NCBI GenBank assembly: GCA_964446485.1
Contig: CAYUOU010000001.1
Coordinates: 131,209 to 195,208 of the forward strand
Length of the DNA: 64,000 nucleotides
Direction: 5' to 3'
Source of the DNA: an uncultured Desulfobacterales bacterium
GTDB taxonomy: Bacteria; Desulfobacterota; Desulfobacteria; Desulfobacterales; JBDRRP01
Position numbers and translations under genes: made by a program. The notes below the pieces were generated by a model. That model was not told the origin of the DNA. It ran no database searches and saw only the letters and a program-made list of their open reading frames with translations. Positions within the stretch are counted from its first letter, which is position 1. Every line of letters starts with the position of its first letter. Below, one piece after another: positions 19,582 to 27,338 of the stretch.

Positions 19582-20124
19582 TTATATGGCACTCGGATCC
19601 GGTTCAGTTTCCGGATCATCTACAATCAACCCTGCACGACGAAAGGCCTTGTATATTTTGTCTTTTTCCGTGGTTACCTTGAGCTTGTAGATCTGCTCTC
19701 GGCACCTTACGTAAATATCGAAACCGGCAAGGGCCATCCGATCCACCCTACGTTCGAATTCATTCAATTCTGTCAGGCGATCCAGGTCCTTCAATTCGCC
19801 GGAAAAGTGGTTTCTGACGATGTTTTTTAAATCCAGCAGAAAGGCGATGGCGCGCGACGGGGTGAAATCCTGAACGGCCCGGATCCGCAAAATAGGGTCC
19901 AGATGTGTCGACATGGCGTCCGCGTCCCAGTCCCCGACCATGACGTCGAAAAGCCCGCTGAGGCCTTTTCGGGTCGTTTGCCCTACGGGGTTGGCGAAAT
20001 CGTCTTTTTTGTTTTTGAGTAGGGATGCGGTGTCTGGGGGATAGGTATTGGCGACAAGGTCGAACCATTTGCGCAAAAGAGACGGCTTGTGGTCAGCCAA
20101 TAAAGTAAGCAAACGTTCTTCCAC
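19582..20124 (-). CDS. dsrT: DsrT-like protein (RsbRD N-terminal domain family)
   Basis: 180 aa. GTG start 5 nt after AAGGAG. DDFANPVG and IRAVQDFTPS segments recalled from the RsbRD_N family. The position immediately upstream of dsrM matches dsrT synteny. Confidence 0.55.
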   Translation of the reverse strand: MEERLLTLLADHKPSLLRKWFDLVANTYPPDTASLLKNKKDDFANPVGQTTRKGLSGLFDVMVGDWDADAMSTHLDPILRIRAVQDFTPSRAIAFLLDLKNIVRNHFSGELKDLDRLTELNEFERRVDRMALAGFDIYVRCREQIYKLKVTTEKDKIYKAFRRAGLIVDDPETEPDPSAI

Positions 20125-20231
20125 TAAGGCTCCTTAACTCCCGGATCGATGTCGACGCTTTGGAGCGCCGGCCTAACTTCCCGGCTTTACTGCATTTTCA
20201 GCTGATAGCCCTGCCCTGAATCAAGGGATTT

Positions 20232-20260
20232 CCTATAATCGAATCGCCGATAACTGTCAA
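20232..20260 (-). promoter_or_regulatory. candidate sigma-70 promoter for the dsrT-dsrMKJOP operon
   Basis: On the minus strand, TTGACA-17 nt-TATAGG, ~105 nt upstream of GTG 20124. Confidence 0.33.
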
Positions 20261-20314
20261 TAGCTATTGAAAAAAAGGCCGGCATGCCGCAGCCTGCTTG
20301 GGCGTATGAAAAAC

Positions 20315-20342
20315 TTGCACATTTCGGTTCGGCGGGTATAGT
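20315..20342 (+). promoter_or_regulatory. candidate sigma-70 promoter for acnA
   Basis: TTGCAC-16 nt-TATAGT, ~115 nt upstream of ATG 20456. Confidence 0.35.
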
Positions 20343-20455
20343 GCTTTGAAGCACGGGTGCCTCTTGCGGATCGACCTTGGCGACCCCTCGCCGGTCGTCT
20401 TGAAGCGGTTCTTCTTAACGCAGGAAATCAACCAACCTACGATCGGGGGCTCACT

Positions 20456-23212
20456 ATGACGGCACATCCCAACAGCTTCGATTCCCTCACCCTTCTGGAA
20501 ACCCCGGCTGGGCCGGTCACTTGCTTTAAGATCAGCCGGCTGGCCGATGCCGGCTTCGGCAGCATCGAACGCATGCCTTTCAGTATCCGCATTCTACTGG
20601 AGAATCTCCTTCGCAACGAAGACGGCAGCCTGGTCACCCGGGATGACATCGCTCGATTGGCATCCTGGTCGCCCATGCAGTCCGAGCGCAAAGAAGTCCC
20701 GTTTATGCCGGCCCGGGTGCTGCTTCAGGATTTTACCGGTGTACCATCGGTGGTGGATCTTGCGGCCATGCGGGATGCGGCCAATCGTCTTTATGGAATG
20801 CCGGAAAAAATCAACCCGCGCATACCCGCGGAGCTGGTCATCGATCACTCGGTGCAGGTGGACGCTTACGGCAGCAGCAGCGCCTTCGAGCGCAACGAGG
20901 ACATGGATTACCGCAGAAACGGCGAGCGGTATGCCTTTTTGAGATGGGGGCAAGGGAGTTTCGAAAATTTTAAAGTGGTGCCGCCCGCCACCGGCATCTG
21001 CCACCAGGTGAACCTGGAATACCTGGCCCGCGTCGTTTTTTCGGCCGAGGATGGCGGCGAGCGCCTGGCCTACCCCGACACCGTGGTGGGCCTGGATTCC
21101 CACACCACCATGATTAACGGCATCGGCGTCATGGGGTGGGGGGTGGGCGGTATCGAGGCGGAGGCGGTGATGCTGGGCCGACCCTATTATCTGCTCACAC
21201 CCGAAGTGGTGGGATTCCGGCTCACCGGCCACTGCCGCCCGGGCGTCACCGCCACCGATCTGGTGCTCACCGTCACGGAGATCCTTCGAAAAAAGGGGGT
21301 GGTGGGAAAATTCGTTGAATTCTTCGGACCGGGGCTGTCATCGCTGAGTTTGGAAGACAAGGCCACCATCTCCAATATGTCGCCGGAATACGGGGCCACC
21401 ATGGGGTTTTTTCCCGTGGATGATAAAACGCTGGAATATCTCAGACTCACCGGCAGAACGGACGCCGTTGTCGGGCTGGTGGAGGCCTATTGCAAGGCTC
21501 AGGGGCTGTTTCGCACCAACGATCTGCCCGATCCGGTCTTCACCGACACGGTGGAGCTGGACATGTCAACGGTGGTACCGTCGCTGGCCGGCCCTAAGCG
21601 GCCCCAGGACCGAGTGCCGCTGAAGCACATGAAAAGCGCGTTTGAAGCCTCATTTTCAGAAATCAAGGATTTCCCGCAGCACCCCGGCAACAGGGAATCG
21701 CGCTGGGAATCCGAGGGCGGCGCCTGTCCCGAAGAGGCCCCGGGCGCGGACGTCACCGACCCGGAAGTGATGGCGGCAGCCGCCCGGCAGATTTGCCATG
21801 GCTCCGTGGTCATCGCCGCCATTACCAGCTGCACCAATACATCCAATCCATCGGTACTTATCGGCGCGGGCCTGTTGGCCAAAAAGGCTGTGCAAAAGGG
21901 GCTCCGGATCCAACCATGGGTGAAGACCAGTCTCGCCCCCGGCTCCAAGGTCGTCATCGATTACCTTCAGTCGGCCGGCCTGATGCCATATTTCGAAAAG
22001 CTTAACTTTCACCATGTGGCTTATGGGTGCACCACCTGTATCGGCAACAGCGGCCCCCTGCCCAAGCCTATTGCGGATGTGATCGAGGAAAGCGATCTTG
22101 TGGTGGCATCGGTGTTGAGCGGCAACCGCAATTTTGAAGGCCGCATTAATCCCCTCACCAAGGGCAACTATCTCGCCTCCCCGCCGCTCGTCGTGGCATA
22201 TGCGCTTGCCGGAACGGTACTGTTTGATTTTGAATCCGACGCTCTTGGAATGGACGCCGACGGCCACCCGGTTTTTCTAAAGGATATCTGGCCCTCGGAA
22301 GAAGAAATCGCGGCTCTCGTGAAGGCCCACGTGAAGGCGGACATGTATCGCGAAGACTATGCCGTCGTTTTCGACGGCACCGATCGATGGCGCGCCCTGC
22401 CCGTTCCCAAGGGCAGCCTCTACCAATGGTCGAACGATTCCACTTATATCAAGAATCCGCCCTTTTTCGAGGAAACCGGCCCGGGCATACCGCCGCTGAC
22501 GGACCTTGCCGGCGCCCGCGTACTGGCGCTGCTGGGCAACTCCGTGACCACTGACCACATCTCACCGGCCGGCGCCATCCCCCTGGACAGTCCTGCTGCA
22601 GACTATCTCCGCAGTCAGGGCGTGGCCGAGGCCGACTTCAACAGCTTCGGCAGCCGCCGGGGCAACCATGAAGTGATGATGCGGGGCACCTTCGGCAACA
22701 TCCGCTTGAGCAACCAGCTGGTGGGCGGTGTCAGCGGCGGCTACACGGTGCTGCTGCCGGGTGATGCACAGATGAGCATCTACGCCGCCGCGATGGCGTA
22801 TAAGCAGGAGGGCACGCCACTGGTGGTCTTGGCCGGCAATGAGTACGGCACGGGTAGCAGCCGCGACTGGGCGGCAAAGGGGACGTTACTCTTGGGTGTG
22901 AAGGCTGTCATCGCTGAAAGCTTCGAGCGGATCCACCGCAGCAATCTTGTGTGCATGGGGGTGCTGCCCCTGGAGTTCAAAAACGGCGAAAGCCACGGAA
23001 GCCTGGGGCTCACCGGCAGGGAAACCTATGCCATCAGCGGCATCGCTGATATCGCCCCGGGAAAGGACTTGACGGTGACAGCCACCGCAGACGGCGGCGG
23101 CAAGGTGACCACCTTTGCCGTCAAGGCCCGCCTCGACTCACCGGTGGAAGTCACCTACTACACGCACGGCGGGATTTTGAATTTCGTACTGAGGGAGATG
23201 GCGGGGAGTTGA
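20456..23212 (+). CDS. acnA: aconitate hydratase AcnA
   Basis: Track ORF trimmed to MTAHPNSFDSL. Fe-S ligand motifs ITSCTNTSNP and GCTTCIGNSG. 918 aa. Confidence 0.93.
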   Translation: MTAHPNSFDSLTLLETPAGPVTCFKISRLADAGFGSIERMPFSIRILLENLLRNEDGSLVTRDDIARLASWSPMQSERKEVPFMPARVLLQDFTGVPSVVDLAAMRDAANRLYGMPEKINPRIPAELVIDHSVQVDAYGSSSAFERNEDMDYRRNGERYAFLRWGQGSFENFKVVPPATGICHQVNLEYLARVVFSAEDGGERLAYPDTVVGLDSHTTMINGIGVMGWGVGGIEAEAVMLGRPYYLLTPEVVGFRLTGHCRPGVTATDLVLTVTEILRKKGVVGKFVEFFGPGLSSLSLEDKATISNMSPEYGATMGFFPVDDKTLEYLRLTGRTDAVVGLVEAYCKAQGLFRTNDLPDPVFTDTVELDMSTVVPSLAGPKRPQDRVPLKHMKSAFEASFSEIKDFPQHPGNRESRWESEGGACPEEAPGADVTDPEVMAAAARQICHGSVVIAAITSCTNTSNPSVLIGAGLLAKKAVQKGLRIQPWVKTSLAPGSKVVIDYLQSAGLMPYFEKLNFHHVAYGCTTCIGNSGPLPKPIADVIEESDLVVASVLSGNRNFEGRINPLTKGNYLASPPLVVAYALAGTVLFDFESDALGMDADGHPVFLKDIWPSEEEIAALVKAHVKADMYREDYAVVFDGTDRWRALPVPKGSLYQWSNDSTYIKNPPFFEETGPGIPPLTDLAGARVLALLGNSVTTDHISPAGAIPLDSPAADYLRSQGVAEADFNSFGSRRGNHEVMMRGTFGNIRLSNQLVGGVSGGYTVLLPGDAQMSIYAAAMAYKQEGTPLVVLAGNEYGTGSSRDWAAKGTLLLGVKAVIAESFERIHRSNLVCMGVLPLEFKNGESHGSLGLTGRETYAISGIADIAPGKDLTVTATADGGGKVTTFAVKARLDSPVEVTYYTHGGILNFVLREMAGS

Positions 23213-23287
23213 TCGGCGAGCACAATGTAATCTTTCCATGAATACCGTCCGGGCCGTCCTGCCAGGCCTAATGCACGCATCGACCGG

Positions 23288-24691
23288 TTATCGGGCGCCC
23301 TCTAAGCGCGGTGGGCGCCTTTTTGACGCCTTGGGTGTCGTTTCGGTAAAGCCGTTGATTTTGGCCCGCAGCGTGTTGCGGTGGATCCCAAGCCGTCTTG
23401 CAGCGGCCGTCCGGTTGCCATTCTCACTGACCAACGCTTTCTGGATTAACCGCATCTCATGATCCCGCAGGCTCGTTTTGAGATCCGCTTTATGGTGTTT
23501 CTCCGGCATCAATTCACAATTGGTCACATCGGTGCGATGGATCAGTCTACCCGGTGTTATGGTGAACAGGCGCTCGACTAAGTTTTGAAGCTCCCGTACA
23601 TTTCCAGGCCAGGAATAGGACAGTAGCGTTTCACATGCCCTCGATGTGAAATGCTTTTCAGGGCTCCCGGAGGCCTCGGCATTCATTCTCATAAAATGCG
23701 TGAGCAACAGGGGAACGTCTTTCCTCCTTTCCCGCAGTGGGGGAACATGGAGCGGATAGACGTTCAGTCGGTAGTAAAGGTCTTCTCGAAATCGGTGGCC
23801 TTTGATCAGCTTTAATAAGTTTTTGTTGGAGGCCGCGACGAATCGCACGTCCACGGTTCTCGTGCGATTGCTCCCGACCGGGCTGAACTCCTTTTCTTGA
23901 ATGACACGAAGCAATTTCGTTTGGGTGCTCAAGTGAAGGGAATCAATATCGTCCAGGAATACGGTCCCCCCATCAGCGAACTCCAGTTTACCGGTGCGCG
24001 CCTCGGTCGCACCGGTAAAAGCCCCTCGAGAGTGGCCAAACAATTCGCTTTCAACCAGCAATTCCGGCGTCGCCGCATTCACTACGACAAAAGGCATCGC
24101 CGAACGGGTGCTGCGGTTGTGGAGCGCCCTGGCCACCAGCTCCTTTCCGGTACCGCTTTCTCCCTGGATCAGCACCGCACCGGGGGCTGTTGATATCCTT
24201 TCAATGAGATTGAACACGTTTTTCATGGCCCGGCTTTGCCCCATCATCCGCTCAAAGGGTTTTGCCAGGGGCGAGGGCAGCAGGCGCGTCGAATTGTTTA
24301 TTGCGCAAGGCTTGTTCAACAATTCGTTGGCACAGGCCACCAGGTGGGCATCTTCGACGGGTGTGGTCACATAGTCACTGGCACCCCATTTGAGCGCCGC
24401 CTCGGCAATTTCCATGTCTTTCACTGAAGTCAGCATCACCACGTCCACCTCTGGATCGGTGGACTTAAAGTGTCGTAGCAATTCAAGGCCGTTACCATCG
24501 GGGAGCAACACGCTGAGAAATACGAGATCGACGTAATGGCGCTGAAAGAGCGCGATGGCTTGCGCGCGGTTCTTGGCGCGCAACAACCGTATACGGTCCT
24601 TCAGTGCCAACGAGACGGTCTGTTGCGTGTCGTCGCTGGTGTCGACGACCAATGCGGTTACATGATTTATCGTCGTTTGCACAATATTCAT
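23288..24691 (-). CDS. sigma-54-dependent transcriptional activator with atypical (pseudo-)receiver domain
   Basis: GESGTGKE Walker A, GAFTGA sigma-54 contact loop and a C-terminal Fis-type HTH. The N-terminal REC-like fold has non-canonical key residues. ATG 24691 chosen; the track ORF starts at TTG 24793. Confidence 0.86.
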   Translation of the reverse strand: MNIVQTTINHVTALVVDTSDDTQQTVSLALKDRIRLLRAKNRAQAIALFQRHYVDLVFLSVLLPDGNGLELLRHFKSTDPEVDVVMLTSVKDMEIAEAALKWGASDYVTTPVEDAHLVACANELLNKPCAINNSTRLLPSPLAKPFERMMGQSRAMKNVFNLIERISTAPGAVLIQGESGTGKELVARALHNRSTRSAMPFVVVNAATPELLVESELFGHSRGAFTGATEARTGKLEFADGGTVFLDDIDSLHLSTQTKLLRVIQEKEFSPVGSNRTRTVDVRFVAASNKNLLKLIKGHRFREDLYYRLNVYPLHVPPLRERRKDVPLLLTHFMRMNAEASGSPEKHFTSRACETLLSYSWPGNVRELQNLVERLFTITPGRLIHRTDVTNCELMPEKHHKADLKTSLRDHEMRLIQKALVSENGNRTAAARRLGIHRNTLRAKINGFTETTPKASKRRPPRLEGAR

Positions 24692-25109
24692 TCGGTAGGC
24701 ATCACAATCTGTGCGGCGCCCCCTCAGCAACGCATAACGCGCCGCCTGCAGGGGCAACGCACACTGACTGACGAAGCTGCGGCGTTCTTTCAATCAGCGT
24801 CCACTGTATCTATCCATCATGGCGGCACCATTGATGACCGGCGTTTGTGGACTGTTGCGGCGTATCTCACAAATTGAGAAACCATAGGGGTTTCATCGAA
24901 ACGAAGGATCGCACCTAAGTAAGGACCGCTGTCCCTGTCGGCGGCGGGTGGCTGATCTTGCCGTCGTTTTCGTGCGGTGCCTTGCGCGGCAGCCGCCGTT
25001 TGAAAGGCTTTCCTGCAAACAGGGGTTTCGCTGACAAGGCATTTCCAATTTATATCATTCACGGAAAAAGTAAAGGCTAAAATTGGGTGCCTTGCCAATG
25101 CCATAGCAA

Positions 25110-25129
25110 ATGCACAAAAACATGTGCAT
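25110..25129. promoter_or_regulatory. inverted repeat, candidate upstream activator sequence
   Basis: ATGCACA-aaaaca-TGTGCAT has perfect 7-bp arms, followed by further GATGCA copies at 25130-25149. It lies ~180 nt upstream of the -24/-12 candidate. Confidence 0.3.
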
Positions 25130-25303
25130 GATGCACTATTTACGATGCATTATCGATATCCATTACACCGGTTAGCGAAGCGCTTTGAAGGCGCCTTCTG
25201 CTGATCCGCCGTCGGAGGGCGTGAGCACAAAAATCGTGTTTGTGGAGTGATCGCATAAAGCTTTTGCCCGGGAATGCTCTGCCCATCCACATCATCTTCT
25301 AGT

Positions 25304-25318
25304 TGGCATACAATTTGT
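25304..25318 (+). promoter_or_regulatory. candidate sigma-54 (-24/-12) promoter
   Basis: TGGCATacaatTTGT has canonical spacing, with GT for GC at -12. It lies ~110 nt before the enolase-superfamily start and is divergent from a sigma-54 activator gene. Confidence 0.4.
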
Positions 25319-25425
25319 TTGAGTACCTGCCCGCTTTGGAGCGCATCCTGGTCCTTGTAATTCTGATTGACCGTTTGATGGGCAACCCAGGCATTTTGTC
25401 TCACGGGGGATAGGAGCCATCAGGT

Positions 25426-26565
25426 ATGCGGATCGGATGTGTGAAAATTCACGCCTTATCGCCGATGGCGGCCCGGTGTGGCGGACCCGGGAATTTTCTT
25501 GTGGAGGTATGCAACCGCCGCGGTGCAACACGCGGCTGGGGCGAGGGCGTTGTGGGATCAAGCGGCGCCAACGGGTCGTTATCTTTCTCACTGGAGCGCC
25601 TTTTCGAGTTTCTTCGGTTGGCAAGCTTCCCATGGAATTTGACCTCGAGCGACCATGTTTGGGCATATGTTGCTGAACTCCCCGAATCGCAGAGCGACAA
25701 CCCGGTGGTCTGTGCCATCGAGATGGCATTGCTGGATGCATTGGGGCATGCTCAGGAAAAGCCGCTGACGGCTTTTTTCCCCATTCACCACGGCACCGGA
25801 ACGGTCCGCTACGGCGCAACCCTCTCGGTGAGTGACGACCGCGATATCATGAACATCTGCCAAAGACTGAGCCGCATGGGAATCCACCATATCCGGATAC
25901 AGATGAGCAATGATGTGAGCGGGAACTTGCGACGCATGGAGGCCGTTGAAAAGATTTTCTGCAAGCGCTGTGAAGTGTGCCTTGATCCCGGTGGGAAATG
26001 GACCCGGGATCTTGCCATGGCCCATCTGCCGATGATCCGGCATGCACCGGTGCATGTCGTGGAAGAGCCTATGCCGTACGGGCACGACGGGTTCAATGAT
26101 TTTGCAACTGCTCTGGCGAAACTGGGGGTTCACCTGATGGCCGGTCGTTCGGGGGCAACCCTAAACGAGGTGCGGCACCTGATCACGGCGACCCCGTATC
26201 GTTTGGTGGATGTTGAATTGTCGAGGAATGGAGGATTCTATCGCACGCTGAAAATCATCGATATGCTTAGAACCCACGGTATCGGTTACCGGATCAGCCA
26301 TCATCATCTCGAAAAAGGCATCCTGTCGGCGGCAGGAAGGGCGTTGAACCTCATCTGCGGCGATGCCAGATACCGTGACGGGGCTCACTACGCACACCGA
26401 CCCTGTCAGGGCGTAACCCATCAAATCAACGATTTCGGTCACGGTGGCGAGGTCGGCCCATTGCGCGGTGCGGGGGTGGGCGTGCGGGTGGACCGCCGCC
26501 GCCTGGAAAGACTGCGCCGGGGTGCCGCTCTCGTGGTCAGCGCGCCGCAGCGGCGATCAGCTTAG
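25426..26565 (+). CDS. enolase-superfamily protein (mandelate racemase / muconate lactonizing enzyme-like)
   Basis: TAGGAG SD. The capping domain plus barrel pattern (AIEMALLDALG, VCLDPGGKW, VVEEPMP) resembles the MR/MLE family. Several catalytic positions look substituted. Confidence 0.68.
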   Translation: MRIGCVKIHALSPMAARCGGPGNFLVEVCNRRGATRGWGEGVVGSSGANGSLSFSLERLFEFLRLASFPWNLTSSDHVWAYVAELPESQSDNPVVCAIEMALLDALGHAQEKPLTAFFPIHHGTGTVRYGATLSVSDDRDIMNICQRLSRMGIHHIRIQMSNDVSGNLRRMEAVEKIFCKRCEVCLDPGGKWTRDLAMAHLPMIRHAPVHVVEEPMPYGHDGFNDFATALAKLGVHLMAGRSGATLNEVRHLITATPYRLVDVELSRNGGFYRTLKIIDMLRTHGIGYRISHHHLEKGILSAAGRALNLICGDARYRDGAHYAHRPCQGVTHQINDFGHGGEVGPLRGAGVGVRVDRRRLERLRRGAALVVSAPQRRSA

Positions 26566-26765
26566 TGGAATGGAAACCTGTCGGTTGATGAAAATGCGGT
26601 GGGTTAATCAGAAACCCTTATAGATCTCGATATATTGAGATTCCTCTTTTATTTGACGCCATCCATGGTTTATAATGGCGCCTGCGGGCACATTTATGGG
26701 AGCCCACTTTTGCATGGTCCGGGTAACAAACAGATAATTTCAATAGAAAAAAGGAGTCAAAAACG

Positions 26766-27104
26766 ATGCCCAAAAAAATTCAAATTGACGAAAGCGCACT
26801 GATTGACATGGTCAAGGACGGCGTTGCTCAAAAGGAAATCATGGAAAAGCTTGGACTCAAGACGCCGACACAATTGACGGTGGCTTACGCCAACGCGCTA
26901 ATGGCTGCGGGCACGGTTCCTGAAATTATCAAGGGGCGCAAGGCCGCTGTCGCCAAAAACAGCAAAACGGCCACCGTCGGCAAACGCGGCAGCCTGGTGA
27001 TTTCAAAAGCTCTCGTTGAAGAAATGGGTTTTGCTGTGGGCGATACGTTTTCCATCAGAAAAACCAAGTCCGGTATATCCCTTCGAAAAATCGACGTCGA
27101 CTGA
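26766..27104 (+). CDS. small hypothetical DNA-binding-like protein (HTH-like N-terminus, AbrB/SpoVT-like C-terminus)
   Basis: 112 aa with a strong AAAGGAG SD. N-terminal VAQKEIMEKLGLKTPTQL is helix-turn-helix-like. C-terminal RGSLVISKALVEEMGFAVGDTFSIRK is swapped-hairpin-like. Sits in a locally AT-richer segment. Confidence 0.5.
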   Translation: MPKKIQIDESALIDMVKDGVAQKEIMEKLGLKTPTQLTVAYANALMAAGTVPEIIKGRKAAVAKNSKTATVGKRGSLVISKALVEEMGFAVGDTFSIRKTKSGISLRKIDVD

Positions 27105-27338
27105 TTTGCTGCCACCAGTGGACGACCCTTCGCCGACGGCTTCATAAAGACTGATCTTCGAGATCGAAGTTGTTGGAATCAACCCCGCGCCGGCTAGACG
27201 CCTGTGGGGTGTGGGAGTGGAGGTGATTGTGAGTCAGGCTGCTGCTGATCAATAGACATACGGTGCCGCCAGGGTATCAACCCCACCACCACCTCTTCGA
27301 TGCCGCATTCACGCGCAGGATTGCGATATGCTCACGGT

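Noticed and set aside
25150-25404. 84-codon minus-strand ORF inside the long 24.7-25.4 kb intergenic region.
   Set aside because: It has a GTG start without an SD and no recognisable motifs. It is overlapped by the better-supported plus-strand -24/-12 element.
26653-26676. TTGACG ... TATAAT pair upstream of the 26766 gene.
   Set aside because: The perfect TATAAT is real, but the spacer to TTGACG is only 12 nt, so the pair cannot act as a standard -35/-10 promoter. The -10 alone may still function.
26697-26715. TGGGAGcccacTTTTGCA upstream of the small HTH/AbrB-like gene, considered as a -24/-12 promoter.
   Set aside because: The spacing between GG and GC is off by one, and the -24 element is TGGGAG rather than TGGCAC.
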